This document shows positions 9,431 to 19,900 of a stretch of 64,000 nt of DNA, piece by piece; the stretch's first letter is position 1; every line of letters starts with the position of its first letter. The stretch lies in the IMG/VR virus record IMGVR_UViG_3300047321_000100. One strand, written 5' to 3'. Made by a program: the position numbers and the translations under genes. Under the pieces are notes generated by a model, which saw only the letters and a list, made by a program, of their open reading frames with translations, was not told where the DNA came from and did no database searches. This DNA comes from an uncultured virus (IMG/VR IMGVR_UViG_3300047321_000100). Lineage: Duplodnaviria > Heunggongvirae > Uroviricota > Caudoviricetes.

Positions 9431-10747
9431 TCACACTTGCCCAAAGAGCATAATTCCTGCCATTTCGGTATTCGTGACGCTTACGCCATAGAACGCATCG
9501 ATCCGGTACAGCGACTTGTACGTCTCGATGTGCGCCTGCTTGGTCATCACGATTTCGATGCCCTGATCGGTCGTTCCACGCATCACTGCGAGGCCCTGAT
9601 CAGCAGGAACGGCGAGACGGCCAGGCAGGATTTCAACCGCTTCTTTCTTCCAGAAGCAGTTCACGCCAGCCGTGACAGTGTTCAGCCAGGTGATCGCTGC
9701 GCCAGATGCCGGAGCTGCCGTGCAGTTCTTGTACGACAGTTCTGCGTCGGTGCCGCCCGTGCCGCTGATGATTGCCGGCGTGATGTTGATCGTGCCGGTG
9801 CCACCTGCGCCAGAGACAATGCCGACGACGCGGAAGGTCTTCGGCTGGCCCGTGTCGATCTTCGTGATCGGATGCACGTTGTTCACGCCAGCGATCGTGA
9901 ACGCATCGCCGACCTTGACCGTACCCGACGTGACCGTGATAGCCAGCGCCTGGATGCGGTTGTCCACGTTCGATTGCAGCGGGCCGCTCGGCGAAGCGGA
10001 AAGAGCCTTCGGGACCGTGTACTGGTTCGCGCCATTGACCGTGACCGTCACGCCTGCGGCAGCCGTCAGACGGGAGATATAGTCAGCCTTCAGAACGCGT
10101 TCGAAGCCTGCGACCTGACGACCAACCGTCGCCATTTCGTAGGCGTCCGCGGCTTTCTGGCCTTCGACCAGATATGCACGGCTTGCGAGGTTGCCGGCCA
10201 TCGCGTTGTAATCGCGCGAGCCAAACACCGAGTAGCGGCCGTCGTAGTCGATACCCGATTCGTTCATCAGCGCATCAGCCTGGGCCAGATCGTCGAAGCC
10301 GGTTGCCGCGACAGTGCGCTTGACGACCAACGAGCCGAGCGTCGAAACGGCGTTCACCACATCGACGTTGATGTCCGAAGCGATCTTCTGCTTGGCAGCC
10401 ATGCCGAGGCGGTTTTCCTGCAGCGCGTCGCGCAGTTCGGTCGCGTCCATCACCCACGGCGAGCTACGGATCGTGTCGAGCGCGGCCGGAACCGTAAGCT
10501 GGGTCTTCGCATTGAAGTTGGCCGTCTGGTCAAGGCCGGTGAACGAACGCGCGATGTACGGCATCGGGCGACGGATGATGTCGCCTGCGCGGGCCATCAT
10601 CGTCTGATCGTTCTGGAACACGGTGACCGACTTCGACATGACCAACTGGTCATGGAAGCCTTCCAGAAGGCGTTCGAACGCCACGCGCTCTTCCTTAGAA
10701 AAAGCGTTGGTAGTCGGGAGAAAAGGTGCTGCCGGAGGCGTAGCCAT
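9431..10747 (-). CDS. Major capsid protein, P22 gp5 family
   Basis: NAFSKEERVAF...IRRPMPY...YRIDAFYGV...EMAGIML; follows the scaffold gene. Confidence 0.9.
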   Translation of the reverse strand: MATPPAAPFLPTTNAFSKEERVAFERLLEGFHDQLVMSKSVTVFQNDQTMMARAGDIIRRPMPYIARSFTGLDQTANFNAKTQLTVPAALDTIRSSPWVMDATELRDALQENRLGMAAKQKIASDINVDVVNAVSTLGSLVVKRTVAATGFDDLAQADALMNESGIDYDGRYSVFGSRDYNAMAGNLASRAYLVEGQKAADAYEMATVGRQVAGFERVLKADYISRLTAAAGVTVTVNGANQYTVPKALSASPSGPLQSNVDNRIQALAITVTSGTVKVGDAFTIAGVNNVHPITKIDTGQPKTFRVVGIVSGAGGTGTINITPAIISGTGGTDAELSYKNCTAAPASGAAITWLNTVTAGVNCFWKKEAVEILPGRLAVPADQGLAVMRGTTDQGIEIVMTKQAHIETYKSLYRIDAFYGVSVTNTEMAGIMLFGQV

Positions 10748-10912
10748 GATGTGCAATCCTAAATAAGAGACGAAAAATGAATGGCCCAAAGGCCACAGAT
10801 TTCGCATCCACCAGGACTGACGCCATAGCGCCGATGTGATGAGATACGTGAAGCTAGCTGCCGGAGCGCGTAAGGAATTGGCTCTTATGCGCTCCGACCA
10901 GCAATTACGATA

Positions 10913-10941
10913 ATGCTACTACTATCGATTATGTTAATCAA
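10913..10941 (-). promoter_or_regulatory. Sigma70-like promoter of the coat gene, TTGATT-17-TAGCAT, with a hairpin in the leader
   Basis: Hexamers at 10941-10936 and 10918-10913; stem cggagcgcgtaag/cttatgcgctccg at about 10862-10896. Confidence 0.55.
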
Positions 10942-10962
10942 GTAGTGCTAAGCAATAGCCGC

Positions 10963-11823
10963 CTACTTAAGACCGTTTTGCTTCTTGTAGGCGACGACCT
11001 TGCTGTAGTCGCCAGTGCGCGCTGCTTCGTCACGAAGCTTTTCAAGTTGCGACGACGATGCGCTATGGCCCGTCGCGCTACGTTCGGAGGAAATGCGCGG
11101 CTCTGGCGCCGGCCGGTTGGGTTTGCGTGACGTCAAGTTCATCTCCAGTTTGGCAACGGCGACGGTGAATTTAACCGGGTCGGTGATGCGCGAAAGTTCG
11201 ATCAGTTTAGTGGGGGACTTGGAGAGCGCATAGACGAGCGCGGCCGGATCATCGGCACCACGCATCAGGAGGCCGCTTTGCGTCTGGTTCAGCATGGTGC
11301 CAACTTCTGATTCGGCCTCCTGAAAGTCATCGACGCCCAAAGAATCGGCGCGAGCCTTGTACGACTTCTTGAAGTTTTCGACTTCTTCCTGCTGCTTGCG
11401 CTGTTCTTCGAGACGCTGCTGGTCGGCGCGATCCATCGCAGCCTTTTGTTCCATCCAGTTGTCATACGCTTCGGAGAATCGGGATTCGTCGTAGTCGAAC
11501 TGATCAAGCGTCGGCTTCGGGCCAAGGGTCGGCTCTGGCTTGGGCAGCTTGGCGCGAATCTCTTCCAGTTCGCGCTCAAGACGGCGCTTGTCTTTCAGCG
11601 CAGCATTGCTGATTTCGCGCAGCTTGCGGAAAGTGCGGCTTTCGTTCTGCTCAGGCGTTTCGCCTTGTGGGGGCACTTCTGCACCCTCGCCATCCGGCTG
11701 GCTGCTTTCGCCCTCAGCGCCAGATTCAAGGTCGTCCGCTTCGTCAAACAGCACAGGAGCCGAGGTGGCGGCAGGTGGGTTTACCTCTTCAAGCGGCGTT
11801 TGCGTCTCGTCTAGCTGTTCCAT
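10963..11823 (-). CDS. Scaffolding protein, P22 gp8-like
   Basis: Acidic N-terminus, coiled coil, KPTLDQFDYDE, C-terminal TGDYSKVVAYKK coat-binding helix. Confidence 0.85.
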   Translation of the reverse strand: MEQLDETQTPLEEVNPPAATSAPVLFDEADDLESGAEGESSQPDGEGAEVPPQGETPEQNESRTFRKLREISNAALKDKRRLERELEEIRAKLPKPEPTLGPKPTLDQFDYDESRFSEAYDNWMEQKAAMDRADQQRLEEQRKQQEEVENFKKSYKARADSLGVDDFQEAESEVGTMLNQTQSGLLMRGADDPAALVYALSKSPTKLIELSRITDPVKFTVAVAKLEMNLTSRKPNRPAPEPRISSERSATGHSASSSQLEKLRDEAARTGDYSKVVAYKKQNGLK

Positions 11824-11903
11824 GGACTCACCTTTTGGTGGAAATTTGCGACATCAGAAGTATACGGCTAAACCCTCACCTGGTAGTGCGAAATACGTCT
11901 ATC

Positions 11904-12065
11904 ATGCACACGATGAAACGCTTTCAAACACACCTGCCGGAGCCGATGCTTAAGCGACTGGAAGAAATCGCAAAGGAACGCGATTATTCAGTGGCTGAGA
12001 TCATCCGCTCGATGCTACAAAAGCAGATTGAAGAGGACGACCGGAGCAAGAAAGAATGTGGCTGA
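11904..12065 (+). CDS. Ribbon-helix-helix (Arc/CopG-like) regulator
   Basis: MKRFQTHLPEPMLKRLEEIAKERDYSVAEIIR pattern. Confidence 0.75.
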   Translation: MHTMKRFQTHLPEPMLKRLEEIAKERDYSVAEIIRSMLQKQIEEDDRSKKECG

Positions 12066-12334
12066 TTTTCTCTGTGTGGCTTTGCATCGCGAGCGCCTTT
12101 CTGATGCCGCCAGCATTCACGATGGGGTTGTGCTTCAGCTTGGCGCTAGGGCGTATCCTCTTTCTCACGCATGTGTCACTGATCGAGGTTGGCTCCGAGG
12201 CTATCGGTGAAACGCGCAAGATCGCCAGCGATGTGCGACGCAACGGCCTTGGCGTCATCAAGACAGTCCTCGGATGGGGTACTGCGGTCGCGGCGCTCAT
12301 GACGGCTATCGTAGTTTTTCAAATACCTTTCTGA
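12056..12334 (+). CDS. Small membrane protein
   Basis: Hydrophobic segments; overlaps the RHH gene and abuts the hydroxylase. Confidence 0.6.
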   Translation: MWLIFSVWLCIASAFLMPPAFTMGLCFSLALGRILFLTHVSLIEVGSEAIGETRKIASDVRRNGLGVIKTVLGWGTAVAALMTAIVVFQIPF

Positions 12335-12335
12335 C

Positions 12336-12953
12336 ATGCGAAATTTCCACATCATCAAGGACGGCATGGACGTGTCCGCCCTGGCGCTGGCTGTCTCGAT
12401 GGACCCCGCGCGCTGGCAGGCTGACGACTTCCTGCGCAAATATCCGCAAGGCCCGTTTGGCGATACCGATACGATCATGCTCCGCTTCCCGGAGATCGCC
12501 ACTGGCCTCACAGACGAGCAGATCGAGCTATACAAGCAGAATATGCTGCCGGGCTATGACCAGCATGAATCCATCTGTCGCCCGGCATGGGACCAGATTA
12601 CGCAGGCACATGACTTTGTGTTTGATCTGGCGCGCTTCACGCGGGCGACTCGCATTGGCCGTGTGATGATCAACCGGATTCGACCGGGCGGCCGGATCTT
12701 CCGCCATGCTGATACGCCGGAACACGTCAGGTATTGGCGTCGCTTTCACCTGGTGATTCAGGGGCAGCCTGGCGCCGTGATTTATTGCGGCGAGGAAAGC
12801 GACGGCAGCAAGGATGAGGCTTTGCAGATGATCACCGGCCGCCTCTTCTGGTTCCGCAATGAACTGCAGCACGAGGTTCGGAACGAATCGTCTGTTGACC
12901 GCATCAGCATGGTCATCGATTTACACTGCCCCAATGGTTCACGGTCGGAATAA
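12336..12953 (+). CDS. Aspartyl/asparaginyl beta-hydroxylase-like 2OG-Fe(II) oxygenase
   Basis: PGGRIFRHAD (HxD), RFHL, NELQHEV, DRISMVID. Confidence 0.85.
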   Translation: MRNFHIIKDGMDVSALALAVSMDPARWQADDFLRKYPQGPFGDTDTIMLRFPEIATGLTDEQIELYKQNMLPGYDQHESICRPAWDQITQAHDFVFDLARFTRATRIGRVMINRIRPGGRIFRHADTPEHVRYWRRFHLVIQGQPGAVIYCGEESDGSKDEALQMITGRLFWFRNELQHEVRNESSVDRISMVIDLHCPNGSRSE

Positions 12954-14193
12954 CCCGGACCTGCGCCGCCATTGCCTTCTGGTGGCGCTTTCTCTCTGAG
13001 ACGTTCTTGAACTGAGCCATTGCCACGGCCACGCCGCGCACGCTATCAGCGCAGTGAGAATGCTCATCATGCTTAGGATGGCCGGATTTCGCGCGCGAGT
13101 AGCGGCGCAAGTGCTCAACCATGACTGCGCATCCTGGGCCGTCAGATACAAATGCGTTTTTCAACAGGTCGCGAGTCATTTTGATGCCCGGCTCTACACC
13201 GATCTGAGGAACGATTTCAACCTGCCAGCCAAGGTTCTCAACAATCCGTTTCGTAGTAAGACCTGTCTGCACTGATCTAGCATTACCGTCATGTGGTAGC
13301 CAGATAGTCGCATCCTTACGTCCAGTATCCTTTAGCCAGTCGCAATAATGGTCTATCCCATAGTTGCTGTCTTCGTGATAGTCGAGCAACCGTGCGCCGC
13401 TGATATCTGCCTGTGCGACCGTCACGGCCATCATATCGTTAATGCCGAGGTCGAACACAGCATGCAGGCCTAGGACGGGATCAGCCACAAGAGGGCGAAT
13501 CCGATTTTGCGTCGTCAGAAGGTGCATTTCACGCCTATAAATGGCGCCGGCCATAGCCGATTTCGGAATCCCTTCCCAGATGTGATCGTAATCGTCAGGA
13601 TCATCGGCTTTCGAGCGCAGCCGTTCCGCCTCCATCGCGGCATTCCAGAACGGGTTTCGATCCCAGTTGACCTCGATGATGCGCGCGTTCGCCGGGCGCT
13701 TCTGGATGAACGTCGTGTACACCGGATCAGTGTCCAGCTCAGGGTTCATCGAAAACCAGATTTCTGACGTTTCCTTTCGGATTGTCGGCAGAAACAGGTC
13801 GAGCGACTGCTTGGTGATCGCCTGCCCTTCCTCGCCCCACGCTATATCAATGTCAAACAGCGATTTGATGGAGTCTGCTGTTTCGTCACTTAGCCCGCGA
13901 AAAATGAACTTCGACCCATTGCGGCCGTTGATTTCCTTTTTCGTGATGACGAAGAAATCTTCGAGCCCGCAATCCTTGATGCGCTGCTCGATAATAGCCT
14001 TCACAGACTCGTCAATTGATTCCTGAATTTCCCGGAAGCACAGGATGCGGATCGGCTCTGATGCAGCCCTGACGACAAGAGCCGTCGCACATGCCATCGA
14101 CTTACCGGAACCGCGGCCACCGTGCAGAATGGTGTACCGCGGCCCCTGCGTCAGCAGGCATTCAGCCCAGTCCGGGAGTGATACGTCGCTCAT
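12913..14193 (-). CDS. terL: Terminase large subunit (PBSX-type)
   Basis: HGGRGSGKS Walker A, C.REIQ.SI, WGEE Walker B, FDLG nuclease, SHCAD. Confidence 0.92.
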   Translation of the reverse strand: MSDVSLPDWAECLLTQGPRYTILHGGRGSGKSMACATALVVRAASEPIRILCFREIQESIDESVKAIIEQRIKDCGLEDFFVITKKEINGRNGSKFIFRGLSDETADSIKSLFDIDIAWGEEGQAITKQSLDLFLPTIRKETSEIWFSMNPELDTDPVYTTFIQKRPANARIIEVNWDRNPFWNAAMEAERLRSKADDPDDYDHIWEGIPKSAMAGAIYRREMHLLTTQNRIRPLVADPVLGLHAVFDLGINDMMAVTVAQADISGARLLDYHEDSNYGIDHYCDWLKDTGRKDATIWLPHDGNARSVQTGLTTKRIVENLGWQVEIVPQIGVEPGIKMTRDLLKNAFVSDGPGCAVMVEHLRRYSRAKSGHPKHDEHSHCADSVRGVAVAMAQFKNVSERKRHQKAMAAQVRVIPTVNHWGSVNR

Positions 14194-16493
14194 CTACCCA
14201 CTGCCGGCCGGTTAGAAGCATGGATAGGCGCTTGCGGCGGCGCAGCCACGTTACCGGCTGTCAGATCCTGCGCTGTCGGGTCAGGGACAACCTGTGCCCC
14301 GTGCAAAGGATTGATGCCTGGCGACGGTGCGGCGTTCCCGCTCGCCAGTGCTGCGTCTACCTTGGCGTCGGACGGATGCTGCGGCTGGCTGGCGCTGATC
14401 TGCTCGGCGGTGCCCTGTATGTTGCCCTGCATGCCTTGCAACATGTTGATGATCGTCGCAAGCTGCGAGGCGTTCGTCTGCGATACGGCCTGCGCTGCCT
14501 TGGCTTGGTTAAGTTCGGCAGCAGAGAGCGACTGAACGGCGGCGGCCTGCGACTTCGTGGAATTCGCATCCGATTCGCGCGCCTGGGCCAGCAATGCAAC
14601 CGTTGCTGCGTCGGGCGGTGCGTTTGCTGCCTGTTCCTGCTCTGCCTGCAACTCCTGCGCCTCTTCGTCGTTCGGCTTGACGACTCCAGCCTTCACGAGC
14701 TGCATGCGCGCGAATTTGGACAGATCCTCCATGCCCTCGCCGTCGAGATTACGCACCAGCGTCGCGATCATCAACTGCTGCATCTGCGGATCAGTGATGC
14801 CAGGCAGGATCTTCGCGATTGCGTTGACGGTGGAATCCTTGCGGCTATTGAACGCCGGACCCACATCGACAAACACGTCCAGACCGGGCGTGAAGTGCCG
14901 GGTAATCGTAGGCTCTCCAGCAGCATTGACGGTCGGGACGTTGATCGTCGTCGTCTCTGTCGTGTTGTCCTCGGCAACCGCGGAGAACCGGCGACTCTCT
15001 TCCGTGTACACGTCACAGGCCATCGACAGATAGATCTTCCCGCAACGCTCCATCGCGCGCGCCATATTGTCGGTAAAGATATAGACCTGCATGTCCTGAT
15101 GCGCCTGAACACGGCTCACCAGCGCATCCGACGTATTTGAGACGACCTGGTTTGCCGCCAGATCGCCGCCCGTCACATCCATCATGTCAGCCGCGCTAAT
15201 CTGCACAAGACCTGCAAGGGCAGGCGGCACATCGGGCTGTTTGATATAGCCGATTGGACCCGACACCGTAGACGATCCGTCTGCCCCGGTAATCGGGTTG
15301 ATCAGCAGATACGGATTGTTCGCAACGAGATCGCCCGCCCACGTCAATTCGTGCCCCGCGATCTGCTCGGGCGTGAAAATAGGCTTCTCGCGCGGCGTGA
15401 ATGCGGTGATGTCAGCCAATGTGCTGATCTGCATGTTGTACAGACGCTGCGAGTCCTTGGCGAGCCGCACTGCTCCCTGGAAGCGCTCGATGCCGTCGAT
15501 GATCTGGCGGATGCCGAACACGACGACAATTGGAATCTCGGTCCCGGCGATGTAGCCGCAGTCCTTGATAACGCCGCAGCCGTCGAGAAAATACTTGCGC
15601 ACGCGCTTGCGGTTGCGCTTGCCGGTACGCACCTTCACGTAACCAACCGACTTCCAGTGCGCCTCCTGCTCGGCCGCATCCTCGCGCGAATCAGCATCCA
15701 GGCCGGCATAGACTTTCTGCTCCAGCTTCGAATTCGGCTCCATCCAGACGGAATACTGCTCTACCTTCTGTTCTACCTCGTAATACTCGCCAATGTAGAC
15801 AGAATCGTTCGTGAACCAGTCGAATTGCTTCAGCGACCGCACCATCTTGAAGCTGGTAGGCCGCTCTTCAATCTCGACCTCAGCGCTTCCGAGATAGTCT
15901 GACGTGTAGGTATCCCAACTGATCGGGTTAAGCACAGTGCACCATTTGGCGTCTGACTTATCCAGCTTGCGGCTGTCCGGGTCGAAAAACACGCTGATGT
16001 CCGCATCGTTGATCGGCTCGAACAGGATGCGCTGCGGCGTGTCGTCGTCCAGATCGGTTTCTGCGCGGTGATCGTAGTCGTTCGTCAGGCGCCATGCGCC
16101 AATCCCGCCTGATACTGCCTCTTCGAACGCCGACACATACACGTCCTGCGCGCCGCTGTACTGCTCGTCAGCGCGGTAGACGATTCTCAGTGCGTCCAGA
16201 TCATCAGCTCGGCTATCGTCGTCGCTCGAGCGGAAATTGACCGTCATCGCATTGGCGCGATACTCGGACACGATACGGCGCACGGCTTTCTGCGTCTTGT
16301 TGACGACGAAGCGCGGCCGGTTATTGAACTGCTCACCGAGTCCGCCCTCCCATTGGGCTCCATCTACAAAGGCAAAGCGCCGGTCTTCCAGCGCGGCGAG
16401 CCGGATCTGCTGTTGCGGCCCATAAGCGCGGTCAAAACGGGACGTAGCGCGATCCCAGACCTTCCCCAGGCGTTCTTCTTTGGTTATAGCCAT
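14190..16493 (-). CDS. Portal protein, P22 gp1 family
   Basis: EDRRFAFVDGAQW, NRPRFVVNK, KDSQRLYN, DVGPAF motifs; 767 aa. Confidence 0.9.
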   Translation of the reverse strand: MAITKEERLGKVWDRATSRFDRAYGPQQQIRLAALEDRRFAFVDGAQWEGGLGEQFNNRPRFVVNKTQKAVRRIVSEYRANAMTVNFRSSDDDSRADDLDALRIVYRADEQYSGAQDVYVSAFEEAVSGGIGAWRLTNDYDHRAETDLDDDTPQRILFEPINDADISVFFDPDSRKLDKSDAKWCTVLNPISWDTYTSDYLGSAEVEIEERPTSFKMVRSLKQFDWFTNDSVYIGEYYEVEQKVEQYSVWMEPNSKLEQKVYAGLDADSREDAAEQEAHWKSVGYVKVRTGKRNRKRVRKYFLDGCGVIKDCGYIAGTEIPIVVVFGIRQIIDGIERFQGAVRLAKDSQRLYNMQISTLADITAFTPREKPIFTPEQIAGHELTWAGDLVANNPYLLINPITGADGSSTVSGPIGYIKQPDVPPALAGLVQISAADMMDVTGGDLAANQVVSNTSDALVSRVQAHQDMQVYIFTDNMARAMERCGKIYLSMACDVYTEESRRFSAVAEDNTTETTTINVPTVNAAGEPTITRHFTPGLDVFVDVGPAFNSRKDSTVNAIAKILPGITDPQMQQLMIATLVRNLDGEGMEDLSKFARMQLVKAGVVKPNDEEAQELQAEQEQAANAPPDAATVALLAQARESDANSTKSQAAAVQSLSAAELNQAKAAQAVSQTNASQLATIINMLQGMQGNIQGTAEQISASQPQHPSDAKVDAALASGNAAPSPGINPLHGAQVVPDPTAQDLTAGNVAAPPQAPIHASNRPAVGR

Positions 16494-16942
16494 TTGCACC
16501 ACTTCCGTTCGATAGGTTCAAAGCCGCGGCGCTCAAAGAGCGGGCCAGCCGGGTACGCAATCTTCTCGCCGGCCATGAAGCATTTCACGCCTCGCCGTTT
16601 CAGTTCCTGCTCGGCCGCTTCGAAAAGCTGCAGGCCGATCATTGCGCCGCGGCGGTCGGGCGCACAGTAAAAGATGTCGCCGGCCGCTTCCATGCAGTCC
16701 GTATAGTGGATGCTCGGCCGCACGAACGCGACGAAGTAGGCAACGATGCGCCCTTCGAGCCTGCCAATCATCATCATCAACTGATCGGCGTCCTGCATCG
16801 CACGGTAAAGCGCGACATTCGGCTTCAGGTCATAGCCCATATGCTTATGAAGGCTGATCTCGTCATAGTGCTCGTGAAGCAGCGGAAGTAACTCTGCGTA
16901 CACGTCCTGAAAGCGCTCGACTGCGAATGCAGGTTTGCTCAT
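16484..16942 (-). CDS. GNAT-fold acetyltransferase-like protein
   Basis: DIFYCAPDRRGAMIGLQLF...LFERRGF acetyl-CoA motif. Confidence 0.75.
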   Translation of the reverse strand: MSKPAFAVERFQDVYAELLPLLHEHYDEISLHKHMGYDLKPNVALYRAMQDADQLMMMIGRLEGRIVAYFVAFVRPSIHYTDCMEAAGDIFYCAPDRRGAMIGLQLFEAAEQELKRRGVKCFMAGEKIAYPAGPLFERRGFEPIERKWCKWL

Positions 16943-16950
16943 AAGTAGTC

Positions 16951-19900
16951 CTAACGACGACTGTTAAACTGATTTGCGGCTGCGGCGCCACCTACGAACC
17001 CGACCTTTGCCGCAAGCTGCTGAACGAAAAGCTGTCGCGCGGCCAGCGATTCATAGTTGCGCAGCGCGGATGCCAGAAGTTTACCGTTAGACAGAAGCTT
17101 CGCCGCGTTTTCAGTGGTGATTGACGATACTTTTTGCGTGACCGTGCGAGTCAAAGCGCCCGTAATCGCACCGGCCGCCATGCCCCCAACTGCACCGACC
17201 GGGCCGAACGCAGATCCAACGCCACCCGTAATCAGTCCCTGAACCGCCGAATCCTTTAGAGCTGAGCCGAGATTGCTCCCGAACCTTCTCACCGCACTCT
17301 GATTCTGCGCGGTGTCGCTGCCGGCAATCTTGCCTGTCTTTGCATAGCTCGCCGTCTGCCGCAACAGGTCATCCGAGACGTTGGCGAACTGCCGTGCGTC
17401 TGACGCTGACATATACGGCGTGTACTTGTCGGAGATCGTCTTGAACGTGCCACGATTGAACTCGGTCTTGCCGGCCGCATTCAGGTTGCGCTCCTGTGCC
17501 TCGCCGAGTGCCAGTTCCCGCGCGCGTTGCTGCCGCAGTGCGATAGCCTTTGCCCGGTCTGCCGCCTCCATGTCAGGAAGCATCTTCTCGATGCTGCGCA
17601 GACCGGACGGCGAATCTGCGTTCTGAATGGCCTCCTGAGCGGCAGCAAGCGCCGACTGGCTGGTCTGCTGCGACTGGATCGCAGAGACGTTCTGTGCGTG
17701 CGCGCCGTGCAGTTCCTTATACGCAGGCGACTGGCTGTCCAGCACATTGCGAAACTCTGCCTGTGCTGCCGCATGCTTGTCGCTCGACGCCAATGCGCGC
17801 CGGATGTATTCCTGTCCCTGCGCCGGAAGGCCGGTCAGATCGTTCTTGTTCTGCAAGTGACGGGCGAGTTCGGTCAATGCGTCGAGCGTGTCTTGCGGCA
17901 CCTTGTCAGCAGCGCGAGCCCCCGGCTTCATCTGCTCAGTCTTGACGCTGTTGATGGCGTTCACCAGCTTGCCCGGATCGACTTCGCCGCTCACAGGATC
18001 GATCGCGCTATACAGGCGACTTTGCACCGACTGCATGGCATCGATCGGCTCGGATGCCTGCTTGAACTTGTCGAGATACCCCTGAAAGCCAGGCGCGGAC
18101 TTTTCAAGCTGCTTGTCCAGCACTTCCTTGACGCGCAACAGTTCGCGCGATGCCTGAACACCCGCAGGGTTGGCCGTTGCCATCTTCGGATCGACCATAT
18201 CGTCGATGCCCTTGCGCACTGAGTCATACAGCGTCTGCGCGTCGGTGATCGGCGCGCCGTCGTTATCGATGATGTTGCGCAGGCTGTTCAATGATTGCGC
18301 GACTGCAGGACGCTTGCCGCTCGGGCCAGCGAGGATGCTATTGATCGTATTCAGCACAGGAGCCGGATTGGCGGGCTTCGCGTTCTCGAAGATCTGCTTC
18401 AGGTCGTCCGTAGCCTGCGCGCTGCGGGCCGCCTTCATGCTGTCCAACTGCTCGGGCGTGCCAATGATCTGCTTCAGCGTGTTTCCTGCATCTGCCTGCC
18501 GAGCCTTCTGCAAGTCATCGAACACCGTTGATCCTTCGTCGCGCGCCATGCGCTGCGCGAGCTTGACCGGCGCTTCGAACTGGGGCGTCTGAAGCTTCTG
18601 CGCTACATCCGGTGCGATCGGCTTTACTTCTGCCTGACCTTGGGCCGCCAGTGCATCGCTGCGCTGTGCCGCGGCCTCTGCTGCCTGATCGACTGCCTGC
18701 GGATTGGCCGGCGCACCCGGATTGTTCGGCGCGCCCCGCTGCGCTAGCTCATTGGCGATCGCCGCATCGTTCTCGGCGCTCGCATTGGCAAACACTGAAG
18801 GATTGGCGTTCGTGCTGGCCTTCTGCACGGTCGTCACATTGGCATCGTTCGCCAGTTCCGCCGCGGTCGGCGTGTAGCCAGGCGTTTGAGGCGTAGGCGC
18901 CTGCTCGAGCTTCGTGGCGAGCTGATCAGGCGTATTGCCGGAAGCATGCGCAATATCTGCTGCAACGTGCGCGTCTGTCGCGTTGCCTGCCGCAGAGATC
19001 TTCGTCGCTTCTGACGGGGACTTGCCAAACAGACCCTGTGCCTTGGCGATCCCCTTCGCAATGGTCGGATTCTCTGCCAATGCGGAGAGTCCCGCGCCGA
19101 TCGCTTTACCTACGCCGAACCCTGCCGCGCCGGCGCCAGCACCAACAGCAGCATCGCGCGCAATCTCGGCGCCCGACTTGTTGTCCGCAATGGCGGGAAT
19201 CGCGCCGGCCACAGCGCCACCGGCAACGGCAGTCGGCAATGAAGCGCCGCCAGCAGCCACATAGGGCACCGCAGAGCCAACAGCACCAGCTACTTTGCCG
19301 GCCACGCTGCCGCTCGTGTCTCGCGCGATCTTCTCGTTGATCTGGTTGCGTGCATCGACCGCCTGATTGGCGAAGTCGTTGGCGCCCACCATCCGGCCAC
19401 CGGCAGCGGCGATGTCCAGCAGACTGCCTGCGATCCCGCCAACGCCACGCTCCGCAATATCCGAAAGCGTTGAGCCGTTCTGCGCGGCCGTAGTGGGGTT
19501 CTGCGGTGCGGTAGGCATCGCACTAGCAGGCAGGCCAGTAGAGCCCGCCAGCAGGCCCATGGATGATCCGGTATCGCTGCCTTGCGGTTGCTGCGGCGCT
19601 TGAGGCATGACCAGTGAGCCGTCCGCCAGCCCCTGTTTGACGATAGCGAGTTGATCGGGCGCGAGCGTTCCAGCCTGAAGCGCGGCGAGAGTTTGCGGGC
19701 CGATCGGCTTTGCCGCGGGCGGCACCGTGGACTGATTGGGCGCCTGAGCCGCGCCAGCATTGGGATCTGCCGCGGGCGGCGCCGGCCGCACAAGTTGCGA
19801 CGGATCGACCTGAATCTTCCCGGCTTTCACGCGCGCATCAACCGCATCCATGTCCTGCGCAGACAGGCGGCCGGAATTGTAATCCGCCACGATCTGCGCC

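Noticed and set aside
9437..10762. 441-aa + strand ORF antisense to the coat gene
   Set aside because: Mirrors the coat frame, Arg-rich, no motifs; shadow ORF of GC-rich codon usage
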